Origin: a virus
Length of the DNA: 64,000 nucleotides
Virus record (IMG/VR): IMGVR_UViG_3300005099_000066
Location: 12,949 to 76,948 of that record
Reading direction: 5' to 3' (one strand)
Positions 50,751 to 60,639 of the stretch are shown piece by piece (the first letter of the stretch is position 1; each line of letters starts with the position of its first letter). Below the pieces are notes generated by a model that worked only from the letters and a program-made list of their open reading frames with translations, made no database searches and was not told the DNA's origin. Made by a program: the position numbers and the translations under genes.

Positions 50751-51276
50751 TGTAAACAACATTGTTAGATTGAGCTATATAAAAAGATTTTCTATGTTAA
50801 GAGTAAACTATCCACAGACAGTTGCTGACCACTCATACAGAGTAGCTATGCTGGTTCTCATAATTGCGGATAGACTAAATCTGTCTGAAAAGAAAACATA
50901 TGAGCTTGTTATACAGGCTTTGCTTCATGATATAGAGGAGAGTGTTCTTGGTGATGTCCAGTATTACATAAAGCATATTCCAGAAGTCGAAAAGGCTTTA
51001 GATGAATACAAGAGAAAATTTGCTTCTCAGATTCCTATACTAAATGATGAAGATGAAGACAGAATTGTAAAAATAGCAGATATGTTAGATTTGCTTTTAT
51101 ACACAGAAGACGAACTCCGTTCAGGGAATACTCATCCTGATATAATACAGTTAAGAGAAAGAGCCCAGAGAATATTGAATGAACTTACTTCGGATGATTC
51201 TGAATTAAAAGAAATTGTCTTTGATATTTATTCGCAATTCAGAAATCAACCAACTTATCCTGGTCCTGGAAAATAA
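50740..51276 (+). CDS. HD-domain 5'-deoxynucleotidase (YfbR/DatZ-like)
   Basis: LSYIKRF...QTVADHSYRV...ALLHDIEESVLGD...VKIADMLD. Confidence 0.88.
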   Translation: MKINVNNIVRLSYIKRFSMLRVNYPQTVADHSYRVAMLVLIIADRLNLSEKKTYELVIQALLHDIEESVLGDVQYYIKHIPEVEKALDEYKRKFASQIPILNDEDEDRIVKIADMLDLLLYTEDELRSGNTHPDIIQLRERAQRILNELTSDDSELKEIVFDIYSQFRNQPTYPGPGK

Positions 51277-51277
51277 A

Positions 51278-51312
51278 AAACAGGGAAGGAAAATTTGTTT
51301 CCTTCCCTGTTT
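51278..51312. terminator. Bidirectional intrinsic terminator
   Basis: Perfect 15-bp stem AAACAGGGAAGGAAA / TTTCCTTCCCTGTTT with 5-nt loop, between convergent genes. Confidence 0.85.
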
Positions 51313-51329
51313 GCTTTAATGGTGTTTGT

Positions 51330-51836
51330 TTATATGCTGTAAGAGTTTTTGGGATTTGTGGTATAAATTTTCTTTCTGGTTATTTCTCCCTCAAATACTT
51401 CAGGAAGTCCAAGTCTTTTTCTTACTCTCCTTATTGTCCACCTCTGGCCTGAAATAATTTCTTCCCTTTCTTTTTCTGTTGTGTTTGCAATTATTAAATT
51501 TAGCAATCTTCTTTTATGTTCATCCAGAAAATGTGAACACAAAATGTTCTCATAATTGTTATTATCGTCTTCATCATTATCGTAAGCATCGTAGGATACA
51601 AAAACTCCCAATTTGCCAACAATCTCTAATATACGGTTTGTGTATGACTTGCTCCAGAATTTGAATTTATTTCTTACACCTTCTACTCTCGATATTTTCA
51701 ACCACACGAGAACTCCTTCTTGGAACAAATCCTCTTCAGAATAGAATTCGCTGATAAATGGATATTTATTTACAATGAATTTTACACTTCCCCAGATATA
51801 TTTTTCTACATTTGAAGGAATTGAAGATTTACTCAT
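51330..51836 (-). CDS. Sigma70-family-like factor (region 2)
   Basis: IVNKY...SEEDLFQEGVLVWLK resembles region 2.2 (EDLxQEG); truncated C-terminal part. Confidence 0.55.
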   Translation of the reverse strand: MSKSSIPSNVEKYIWGSVKFIVNKYPFISEFYSEEDLFQEGVLVWLKISRVEGVRNKFKFWSKSYTNRILEIVGKLGVFVSYDAYDNDEDDNNNYENILCSHFLDEHKRRLLNLIIANTTEKEREEIISGQRWTIRRVRKRLGLPEVFEGEITRKKIYTTNPKNSYSI

Positions 51837-51838
51837 AT

Positions 51839-52033
51839 TTATCTCCTTGTTTGGAGTTCTTTTATTTTACAGGTGCTTAAGTCAAGTTCAAATTCTTGAA
51901 TTTCATTCTCATATTCTATTTTGATATATATTATTGCTTCATCATCCAGGCTTATTGGACTTGATATGTAGTAGTTGTATATGTCTTTATCTTTGATTTC
52001 ACTTTCACTTTTCAGGAGTTCATATAATGTCAT
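51839..52033 (-). CDS. Hypothetical protein
   Basis: 64 aa with AGGAGGGAG RBS. Confidence 0.55.
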   Translation of the reverse strand: MTLYELLKSESEIKDKDIYNYYISSPISLDDEAIIYIKIEYENEIQEFELDLSTCKIKELQTRR

Positions 52034-52054
52034 AACTCCCTCCTTTTAATTTTA

Positions 52055-52172
52055 TTATATTGTTTAATTGTGGAAAAATAAAGTTTTTTGTTTTTTGGGA
52101 TTTTTGAGTTGATGATATTTTATTTTTCATCATTTATATTATAAGGCTAAATTATGAAAAAATAAAGTTTTT
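52055..52172 (-). promoter_or_regulatory. Two tandem AT-rich promoter-like repeats
   Basis: Minus strand AAAAACTTTATTTTT-N14-TATAAT occurs twice upstream of the sigma-like operon. Confidence 0.45.
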
Positions 52173-52359
52173 CTTTTACTTGGAAAAAGCAGATTTTTAC
52201 AGACTAACAAATTTTTCATATTTGTGATTTCTGAATGTGTTGAAAATACTGAATTTTTGAAAACAGCAAAAATCCTATTCTTAAATTTACAAAATATCAA
52301 AAATTTTCACATAATTGTAGAGAAATAGAAAAGCTTGTAAAATTAGTTAGTGACACTAA

Positions 52360-52761
52360 CTATTCAAAATCCTCCTTTACAAACTGGGAATAAGAAGCAG
52401 ATAAAATTGCACCTTCTAAATATTTTACCAAATGTCTCGGAATTTCTTGGCCTTCATTCAAATCCATCAATTTTTCTACTATTTCTGGGTCATACACTGA
52501 ATAAACATATCTGTCTGGTGTTCTAACCAACATTTTATCTGGATATTTTGCAATCAAATACCACCCTGTATCCACTTTATTATCAGAGAAGGGTAAATCT
52601 TCTATTATCAGCAATGGTTCAGGTATGTTTATGTCAGTGAAATTACTCATATCATTTTTTACCTGTTTTCCTACCAGCTCCACATCTGAAGCTATTTTTA
52701 TTGGAGTATTGAAGAAAAATATTCTGGAGTTTGAATCATATGAACCTTTGACTTTTAGCAT
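52360..52761 (-). CDS. Hypothetical protein
   Basis: 133 aa, AGGAGG RBS; last gene of the tail block. Confidence 0.55.
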   Translation of the reverse strand: MLKVKGSYDSNSRIFFFNTPIKIASDVELVGKQVKNDMSNFTDINIPEPLLIIEDLPFSDNKVDTGWYLIAKYPDKMLVRTPDRYVYSVYDPEIVEKLMDLNEGQEIPRHLVKYLEGAILSASYSQFVKEDFE

Positions 52762-52779
52762 GTTGCTATACCTCCTATT

Positions 52780-53244
52780 TTATTGTTTTACTGGTGTTGC
52801 ATTGTCTTTAACTTTGTTAAACCATTGAACAGCACCCCAAACTGCCTTGGGGTCATTTGTTACAATATTGGCTTCAAAATTTTCTTCTAAACCTCCTTGT
52901 GAAAGATTCGAAGAACCCAGAAGTAGCCAATTGTCTATTATCAAAACTTTGGCATGAGCAGTTATTTTCTCCATTATATAAACTGACACATTATGTTCCT
53001 TAAATTGTTTCAGAAATTCAACAACTCCTTTTTTCAAAGACTTGTTGCCTTCATAATTTAAGATGAATTGTGTGTCAGGAATTGTCATAGAGGCTTTTGC
53101 TATTTCTTCTACTAATTCAAGAGCCTTTCCCTTTAAAGAAATCTGATACATCAACAAATATATTCTCTTTTTTGATTGTCCAAGAAGAACTTTTGCTGTT
53201 TCGTAATACTTGTTTCCTTCAACAAAATAAGTTATAGCTGGCAT
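52780..53244 (-). CDS. Phospholipase D-family (single HKD) nuclease
   Basis: HAKVLIID...GSSNLSQGG..NFE. Confidence 0.85.
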   Translation of the reverse strand: MPAITYFVEGNKYYETAKVLLGQSKKRIYLLMYQISLKGKALELVEEIAKASMTIPDTQFILNYEGNKSLKKGVVEFLKQFKEHNVSVYIMEKITAHAKVLIIDNWLLLGSSNLSQGGLEENFEANIVTNDPKAVWGAVQWFNKVKDNATPVKQ

Positions 53245-53269
53245 TTATTATCCTCCATTTATAAGATTA

Positions 53270-56200
53270 CTATACACCAAAGTTCAAATCAGAAAGAGTA
53301 GCTGGTTTGATGTTCGAAGTTCCTGCATCAAATTGTCTTGATGTAGAAATAATGTTTCCCATAAACGTGACCTTATCTCCAGAAGAGGCAAGATAGAAAA
53401 ATTGTGTTGAAATGCCTGCTATAATTATTTTAACATTATTATAGCTAAAAAATCCTACTATGGGTTCGTTAGAATCTCCACTATCCAAAGATAAACCTTT
53501 TGACAAAAACAAAGAAGTTGTTGAGTCATCTGTGGATTCAATATGACTTCCACTTATGGATAAGCTTTGAGCATTAAAAAGCTGATTAGTATGTTTTGAA
53601 TATTTTATGGTTGAATCTGAAACCACCATTCTTTTTGCTTGAAGATTGCTTACCCCACCTACATCAGAGTTTATGTTTAAATAAGAAGAGGATATATAGC
53701 ATTCTTGAGCATATTTAGCAGGTGCTGACATTGCATCAATTCTTGAAGAGGATATTGTAAAATATCTTCTTGGAGTCAATGAAAAATCATAAGTTATTTC
53801 TGAATTAAGTATTCTTAAGTCACCTATGTAATAAGCTCCTGAAACAGAAGTTTTTACTTCTGCAATTACTGAATTTGCTACTATTACATTTGGTCTGTCT
53901 AAATCAAACGCACTATCATCAGTGCTACCTTCTATCATTAATGCCCCTCCAGAATGATTTATATCCCAAATTTCATAGAAATATTCTGTGCCATTTTTCA
54001 TTACTGAAATATCTGAATTGCTTAAATTCACAAAATAAATATATCTTGATACTTCTGTTGTGTCTGGTTTGAATTGGACATAACAATTGTAAATTCCATT
54101 TACTATATATGTCTTTTCTGCTTTTATTATGATTTCTGCAGGGGTGCCAGCATTAGCCGTTACCTCAACTCCATTATTTATTATATACAGTGTTCCAGAA
54201 AAAGAAATTGTTTGTGATACATTAGACAGATTTAACTGATTGTTTGATTCATGTGGAATCAATTTCAAAACAGCCACATTTCCTGAAATTGAGTTCAGCT
54301 GAATAATTGCATTAATAAAGTTTGTTACAGAGTCATCATTTGTTGCTGCCAATCTACATTCGACAGTGCAGTCAGATGGAACACTCCAATTCTGTATTTG
54401 AGAAACAATTGCATTTAGAGCACCATCTACATCTTTTTCCTGTGTTGAATCACTTATGAAATAGAATCCATCCTTTCTTCTTATTTTATCAGCAGTGTGG
54501 AAATATGTCCCAGATGTTATGTCACTTTTTTCTGAAGAGCTTAAACCATCACCATCAAGTTGGGTGTGTTTGTCAATAGTTGTATTTAAATCCTCAATGC
54601 CTGAATAAGTATTCGTTATCTTTTTAATTCTGTCTGCTGTATGTAAATAAGTTCCTGAACCAACATCAGTCCAGGATGAGTCATCCCTTTGTATGTGTTT
54701 TCTTATAACAGACTCAACATCATACGAAACACCTGCATATGAATAGTTGAATTTTATTTTGTTAGAATTATGAACATATGAAGTTCCTACATAAGTATAG
54801 TCAATATGGTCTTCAATAATTTCCTTCAATGACCTTCTATATTTGTTTTTAAAGTAGTCATTTTTTGCCCCTTCAGATGTTGTTTGCTCTCGTTCTATTC
54901 TGATGTTTCCAAGATTTAAGTAATGAAATTGTCTTATATCGCCAGGATTTCCATCATCACTAAATCTCATTCCAGTAGGATGAATTTCTATTCTTTCATA
55001 AATTACACCAATTTGTGATAGAGCAGCATTTACTGCGATTAAAGTTATAGGAACAAAATCTGTGTGCTGAATAAATTCTTCTACTGTTGTTAAAAGAGTT
55101 CCATCAACACCTTGAGTTGTTGCATCAGTTGATGATTTGGCTACATAGCCTTGAAAATTATCAAGAGAGTCATCCTCCATAAGAGGCTCATCAAATGATG
55201 GAGAAGAGGCAGTGCCTCCTACCCACCTGAATCTAACACCTAAACTTTCATCATATACAGCACATAACATCCAAATCTGAAATGTTTTAGTTCCACCTGT
55301 AGGTCTGCTAATGTAAATGTAATTTTCATCATCAGCTTGATACCTTTCTCCGTTGTCAGCAGGATTTGCTCCAGGAGTTGAATTTACACCTGCAACTACA
55401 ATGTAATCGTTGCTTCTCATTACTCCAAGTTTTATATAGTCATGAACACCTGCTTCCCTTGATGGCTGGAGCGAAGTAAATATGTCATCTCCTGGAGTTT
55501 GTATGCCTGATTTTACCATATATTGCCAAACATCCCTTCTGCCTCCTATGTCTGACATAGCAAGTCCAAACGGATTATTCGTTGTTCTTGAAGATGAGCC
55601 TTTACAGGACAAGAAATTCAAAAGATGAGTAAAATTACTTACTGAAGCAGAAGGACTAAATGAAAGTCTTGTCAAACTTCCATCTGTAGCAGTGTCTGTC
55701 CAGAGAATTTTTGGATAAACGAACCTTCTTGAATCTTCTGTTACAGAGAATCCAGTGGAAGTGCTATAACTTACTTTTGCTAACTTTATATATTGGTCTG
55801 GGTCGGATTCAAAATCTGTTTCACTTCCATCAGGAACAAGATAGAAAGAGTATTGTGGAGTAGAATCATACGTGTCTGTTATTATTGAAGTATTATCAAT
55901 AACTGAAATTATAAGAGTATCCCTTGTGTCTCCTGTAGTTGGATTAACCTGCATTGGAGATGCTGTTGATGTTCTATAAGCTACGAAAACATGGTATGTT
56001 GTTCCATCACTCATTCCAGTAGGAGAAATTGTAACAGAAGTTTCCGAAATAATGAAATTTTCTTTATTGTTTGTTCTTATTACTCCTGAATTTATTGATA
56101 ATTGGTCTCCATTTGCTGTTACCTTAAACTCATTTCCATCTTTGCTCCCAAATATCCCATATCCGTCATACATTCCTTTTAAGATGGCCGAAATAAGAGA

Positions 56201-56290
56201 TATGGGAATTTGACCAAGAGTATTAAGATGAGAAGGTGCTATTCTGTAATTTTCAAGAAAGCTCATTTTTACTTTTGTATTGGTTGCCAT
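53270..56290 (-). CDS. Large tail fibre/spike protein
   Basis: Follows baseplate genes; N-terminal baseplate-attachment-like region, three His repeats (YVHNSNKI, YLHTADRI, YFHTADKI), beta-helix-like C-terminus. Confidence 0.7.
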   Translation of the reverse strand: MATNTKVKMSFLENYRIAPSHLNTLGQIPISLISAILKGMYDGYGIFGSKDGNEFKVTANGDQLSINSGVIRTNNKENFIISETSVTISPTGMSDGTTYHVFVAYRTSTASPMQVNPTTGDTRDTLIISVIDNTSIITDTYDSTPQYSFYLVPDGSETDFESDPDQYIKLAKVSYSTSTGFSVTEDSRRFVYPKILWTDTATDGSLTRLSFSPSASVSNFTHLLNFLSCKGSSSRTTNNPFGLAMSDIGGRRDVWQYMVKSGIQTPGDDIFTSLQPSREAGVHDYIKLGVMRSNDYIVVAGVNSTPGANPADNGERYQADDENYIYISRPTGGTKTFQIWMLCAVYDESLGVRFRWVGGTASSPSFDEPLMEDDSLDNFQGYVAKSSTDATTQGVDGTLLTTVEEFIQHTDFVPITLIAVNAALSQIGVIYERIEIHPTGMRFSDDGNPGDIRQFHYLNLGNIRIEREQTTSEGAKNDYFKNKYRRSLKEIIEDHIDYTYVGTSYVHNSNKIKFNYSYAGVSYDVESVIRKHIQRDDSSWTDVGSGTYLHTADRIKKITNTYSGIEDLNTTIDKHTQLDGDGLSSSEKSDITSGTYFHTADKIRRKDGFYFISDSTQEKDVDGALNAIVSQIQNWSVPSDCTVECRLAATNDDSVTNFINAIIQLNSISGNVAVLKLIPHESNNQLNLSNVSQTISFSGTLYIINNGVEVTANAGTPAEIIIKAEKTYIVNGIYNCYVQFKPDTTEVSRYIYFVNLSNSDISVMKNGTEYFYEIWDINHSGGALMIEGSTDDSAFDLDRPNVIVANSVIAEVKTSVSGAYYIGDLRILNSEITYDFSLTPRRYFTISSSRIDAMSAPAKYAQECYISSSYLNINSDVGGVSNLQAKRMVVSDSTIKYSKHTNQLFNAQSLSISGSHIESTDDSTTSLFLSKGLSLDSGDSNEPIVGFFSYNNVKIIIAGISTQFFYLASSGDKVTFMGNIISTSRQFDAGTSNIKPATLSDLNFGV

Positions 56291-56306
56291 GCTAAATTAC
56301 CTCCTT

Positions 56307-57797
56307 TTATGATGGCTCCCTCAAGGGAGATATAAATCCTGGTAAAATTCCAGCAGTTGCCTGAGCATTTGTTATATTATAATATGTTCCAGAATAGGAA
56401 TCATAATCCCAAAGCCCAATCCAAAAAGTCCATAAATTGATTTGTTGAAAAACATTTTGTAAATTCAAGATTATATTTCTGACTTTTTTGAATTGTTCTT
56501 CATTTATAAATGTTAAATTTGCTGAATCGTAATATTTCAAAAATATGTCTATACCAGATAAACCTTTTTCGTCAACTGATAAATGATAATATTCAGTTGT
56601 TGGAAAAAGATATGTTTGTGTTGCTGTTACGGCATAAGCATAAAGAGGTATATTTATGTCAAGAGTCAAGCCTGAAATGTAATAATTATAGCCTCCATGA
56701 ATATCTGGGTCATAACCTTTCAATTCAAATAAACAAGGAGCGACTTGAACTGGCAAAGGAAAGTTTGTTATTTCTGAAGCAGAGTAAGCTCCTATCCCCA
56801 AAATTCCTTCCCAGTCAAATACTGGAAAGGCAGTATGAATATAATATTTTCCATTGTATTCAAAAACTTCACCAGGAGAACTTCCTTGAGCAAATTTTAT
56901 TCCTGGTTTTGCTTCTTCTATTGTTACCCACTCTAAATCGAGAGTTTTATTTTCATGATTAGCAAAAGCATTTAATATGTAATATCCTATTTCTGATGGA
57001 ATTTCAGGAACATTAGTAGGTGGCTGTAATCTGTATCCAAAATTAAGAAATTTTGTAAAATCTTCAACAAATGTTATTGTTGGAGTAGCTCCAAGAGTCA
57101 TTTCCCATAATGAAACTCCCTGTCGAGCAGGCATCCATGTAAATGGAAGCCAATACAATGAGAAATTGGAATCAATAGCAGTCTGAATAAATTTCTCCAA
57201 AATATACAACTGATACATACTGTATTTATAGGTTATAACTTGTTTTATGTAATCCAAGTTGCTTGGAAAGTTGGATAGATTTTCTGGTGTGACCAATCCA
57301 CCAGCAGCAGGAAATGACAAACTCACATCATAACTTTCATTCTCTGAAATAAATCCAAGCAGTTCTTCAAAAATTTTATGGGATGAATCAGGCAAAGGAT
57401 ATGATTTTTGCAAATCTGTTTGATATAAAATCTTGTATAATGTTCTGAATGAATCTTCATATACATAGAGAGGAATGGCATAATTTTTTAGAGAAAAATC
57501 AAATATTTCATGAGTATTTGTTCCTTCTGCTATAACTCTATATGTTGCGGATTCTCTGGGGATATCAAATTGTAAAGAAAATTTTCCATCATTATCAACA
57601 GGAATAGGAGCAGAATCTACTATTACTGTGTCTGGAAGCCTTTTGAATGTTATGTTGATAGTTGTGTCTGAACTTTCTCCCTCTATAATCACACTCGTAG
57701 TTGGAGGAATTACATTGTCCCTTTTGTAGAACCCCTTTGGCAAAAGTCTCAGAAGATTGTGAAATATTTTAGTATTTTCAGGCAATGTTACTTTCAT
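56307..57797 (-). CDS. Baseplate wedge protein (gpI-like position)
   Basis: Directly after gpJ; N-terminal LLRLLPKGFY. Confidence 0.55.
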   Translation of the reverse strand: MKVTLPENTKIFHNLLRLLPKGFYKRDNVIPPTTSVIIEGESSDTTINITFKRLPDTVIVDSAPIPVDNDGKFSLQFDIPRESATYRVIAEGTNTHEIFDFSLKNYAIPLYVYEDSFRTLYKILYQTDLQKSYPLPDSSHKIFEELLGFISENESYDVSLSFPAAGGLVTPENLSNFPSNLDYIKQVITYKYSMYQLYILEKFIQTAIDSNFSLYWLPFTWMPARQGVSLWEMTLGATPTITFVEDFTKFLNFGYRLQPPTNVPEIPSEIGYYILNAFANHENKTLDLEWVTIEEAKPGIKFAQGSSPGEVFEYNGKYYIHTAFPVFDWEGILGIGAYSASEITNFPLPVQVAPCLFELKGYDPDIHGGYNYYISGLTLDINIPLYAYAVTATQTYLFPTTEYYHLSVDEKGLSGIDIFLKYYDSANLTFINEEQFKKVRNIILNLQNVFQQINLWTFWIGLWDYDSYSGTYYNITNAQATAGILPGFISPLREPS

Positions 57798-57799
57798 AA

Positions 57800-59164
57800 C
57801 TATACCTCATTTATTGTCAATGTTCCCAACTTTGCATATTCCCAGTAATCTATTGTTATGTATGCATCTTCTCCAGGGGTGTATGTTTTCCCTCTTGTTA
57901 TATCTGTTATAGAAGTTTGCGAAGTATCTATGTAGTCAACTCCATCAACTTCTCCTATTACAACAATCAAATCTGATATATCAATTCTGTCTCCAAGTCC
58001 TTTTTCAGAAAAGAAATTGTTAACAGCATCTTCAACATTAGATTGAACTTCTGAAACATTTACAGAAGTATTATACCTGATATACAAATCAATATCCAAC
58101 TCAACTTTTCTGCCCAATCTAACCATAATTGTATCTTCAGAACCAATATACCATATACCTCTTTCCCACAAAGCACTCTGAATTTGTCTTACCAAGGGAT
58201 GATATTTATATGTGTATGGATAAGAACCAGGATTTGAAGTGTGCTGCCAAATAGAACCAGAATAAATATTGTCAGCAGGGTCTTGTGTTATAGGGAGAAC
58301 TGGTTCATAAATTTCTTCATAAGAATTTGCCGAAGCTTCTACATATATATCAGGCAATATCACCCAAACATCCATTCCGTAGCCTCTGTAATATTCTGGC
58401 TGTCCTACCCATTTGATATAAACATCTATTGCACCAGCAGTATAAACAACTTGTTCTATGAAGGAAGTCAGACTTGGAACTTGAACCATATTCCACTGTG
58501 CTATTCTCTCCAAAAAATCTTCCAGCTCTTCTTCATCTTCTCCTCCTTCAGTAGCACTTGAATTTGATACTTGAACTATGTTTGTTACTGTTCCTGAAAA
58601 GTCTTTCCAAGAATTTATACTACCTGCTGAAACATTAGTTGAACTACCTGTTGTTTCAGAAACAATAGGAATATCTGCGTAATACAATCCCAAATCTGAA
58701 TCAAAATTGACTTTGACTTCTCCAACTATTAAAGGATAAAATTTTATTCCAGTTGTTGAGTAAAAAGTTAGATTTGTATTTGGTGTTGGAATTGTTAGAG
58801 AGCTTGAAGATAGATAAACCCTGACCATTCCATATGACTTCTTTGCAGGAATAGGCTGTAGTGGATAAAATCTTCTTTTGGCATCATTCTTTATCATGTC
58901 ATTTAATTCATCGTCCGTAAGATTCAGGTGCTCTTTTAAAGCAGATTTGAGAATGTCATCATTATAAATTGAAAGAAAACCAGCAGGAGTTATTGACCTG
59001 TAAATATATTCTGCTATTGCATAGGCTCTTCTGAATTCCTGTAAAGGAACTGTAATGGAAATATCTGTGTGAGGCAATCCAGGAGCCCAAACAATGTTTG
59101 GTGCTATTGACTTTGCCCTATCCAATAAACTTCTTAAAATTTCATCACTACTTGGAATCTTCAT
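57800..59164 (-). CDS. Baseplate J-like protein
   Basis: GSSTNVSAGSI...VSNSSATEGGEDEEELEDFLERI; GLGDRIDISDLI...VDGVDYI. Confidence 0.88.
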   Translation of the reverse strand: MKIPSSDEILRSLLDRAKSIAPNIVWAPGLPHTDISITVPLQEFRRAYAIAEYIYRSITPAGFLSIYNDDILKSALKEHLNLTDDELNDMIKNDAKRRFYPLQPIPAKKSYGMVRVYLSSSSLTIPTPNTNLTFYSTTGIKFYPLIVGEVKVNFDSDLGLYYADIPIVSETTGSSTNVSAGSINSWKDFSGTVTNIVQVSNSSATEGGEDEEELEDFLERIAQWNMVQVPSLTSFIEQVVYTAGAIDVYIKWVGQPEYYRGYGMDVWVILPDIYVEASANSYEEIYEPVLPITQDPADNIYSGSIWQHTSNPGSYPYTYKYHPLVRQIQSALWERGIWYIGSEDTIMVRLGRKVELDIDLYIRYNTSVNVSEVQSNVEDAVNNFFSEKGLGDRIDISDLIVVIGEVDGVDYIDTSQTSITDITRGKTYTPGEDAYITIDYWEYAKLGTLTINEV

Positions 59165-59185
59165 TCTGTTCCTCCTTTAATTATA

Positions 59186-59710
59186 TTAAACTTCTTCAGA
59201 CAATGAGACTACAACTTTCGTAGGGTCTGATGAATCTAAATTTATGTCAATGTAGGAAATTCTTCCTTTCCATCCATATTGTTTTAGCAATGATAAAGAT
59301 TTTATTATATTCATCATAATTGTTGCTTTTGTTGTTTTTGTATACTTTTGGCTATATTTGCCAGGAACTAATAAGCCAACTCCAATTCCTCCTACCTCTT
59401 CTCCGAATATAATTCTTGGAAGAACTGGTTCTAAACTTTCTTCAGTTAAATCATATATTTCAGATAAGTTTAAATCCCACAAATCATCTTCTCCTTTGAA
59501 ACAAACAAATGATTTGAAATATTTTCCATTTTTTACATTGGGGCTTTCTCCAACAATAATTTTTTCAACTGGTTCTGTCTTTAACAATTCAGTGTTATAA
59601 TCTATATTATTTATTAAGCTTTCTGTAAAATAGGTTTTTTCGACAGTTATTTTTTCTTCATAGAATTTCTGTGAAATAGAACCTATATAAAATATAATTA
59701 CATTGCCCAT
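59186..59710 (-). CDS. Baseplate protein, gp25/W-like position, paralog A
   Basis: Upstream of gpJ; strongly similar to 60640..61194. Confidence 0.5.
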   Translation of the reverse strand: MGNVIIFYIGSISQKFYEEKITVEKTYFTESLINNIDYNTELLKTEPVEKIIVGESPNVKNGKYFKSFVCFKGEDDLWDLNLSEIYDLTEESLEPVLPRIIFGEEVGGIGVGLLVPGKYSQKYTKTTKATIMMNIIKSLSLLKQYGWKGRISYIDINLDSSDPTKVVVSLSEEV

Positions 59711-59714
59711 AAAA

Positions 59715-60638
59715 TTACTTCCTTAAAGCTGGTGTATTCCAAATTGCCGAAGGTATGATTCCAATATATTCTGCTACTAATTCCCATTCTGTTCCATCGG
59801 AAATTGGTGTTCTGTATATTGCAAAATAACTATCAAAAGGAGGAGGAGATACAATGTCTCCAATCAAGAATATATATGAATTGTCATGTGTGATAGCTCT
59901 CGGAGTATAATCCAATGTATCCGTTGCAATTGTTTTGAGCAAATTCAAATTTAAGTCTAAAACCGCTACACTATAATCAGATGAATTAATGAGAGTAACA
60001 TAATTTCCATTTACATCAAATCCTTCAAATTCGCTTAAAATTGTATCACTGTTGTATATGTTTAAAATATTTCCTGACCAATCTATTTGTCTCAAGTAGT
60101 AATCATCTGCGACACAATAAAGATAAGAACCTTTCCCAATAACATTCAGAGAACTAAACGAGAATGAAGTCTGTTCTGTTTCTGTTAGTATATTGTATAT
60201 TATGGCATTATAACTACTTTTTTGCCCAAACATAAGAGTTTCATCATCATTTATCCAGAATCTTTCCGCTGGTCTAATTCCAGAAGCTGATATATCAATT
60301 GCCTCTACAAAACCACCATCTGTTTTACTATACTTTTCAATATTTATTGATGTAAATGGTTGGGATATAGTATATAAATAATTTGAATTAACCATAAAAC
60401 TTCCTGCTTCTGAATTTGTGAAGAATCTGTCTGTGTTTTTCCATCTTAAAGTAGCATCAGCATTGTAAGAAGCCAACATATAATTTATGCCTTCTCCTCC
60501 AGATATATCTGCTATAAGATAATGATAGGAGAAATCAGAACCAATCCAAATCAAATCTTCATAATACCCATCTAAATCCGAAACATCTCTTGTGTATCTG
60601 AGTAAAGTTGAAGTATCGTATGTATCTATTCTTGACAT
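59715..60638 (-). CDS. Putative beta-propeller virion protein
   Basis: Repeated beta-blade-like units (GSYLY, GNYVT, SYIFL). Confidence 0.5.
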   Translation of the reverse strand: MSRIDTYDTSTLLRYTRDVSDLDGYYEDLIWIGSDFSYHYLIADISGGEGINYMLASYNADATLRWKNTDRFFTNSEAGSFMVNSNYLYTISQPFTSINIEKYSKTDGGFVEAIDISASGIRPAERFWINDDETLMFGQKSSYNAIIYNILTETEQTSFSFSSLNVIGKGSYLYCVADDYYLRQIDWSGNILNIYNSDTILSEFEGFDVNGNYVTLINSSDYSVAVLDLNLNLLKTIATDTLDYTPRAITHDNSYIFLIGDIVSPPPFDSYFAIYRTPISDGTEWELVAEYIGIIPSAIWNTPALRK

Positions 60639-60639
60639 A

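Noticed and set aside
50740-51276. 2-aminoadenine (Z) genome system
   Set aside because: No PurA/PurZ-like gene in the window; the ATP-grasp genes are PurD-like, a different fold.
52040-52360. tRNA or structured ncRNA in intergenic gaps
   Set aside because: No cloverleaf, T-loop or GC stems visible here or at 11040-11340.
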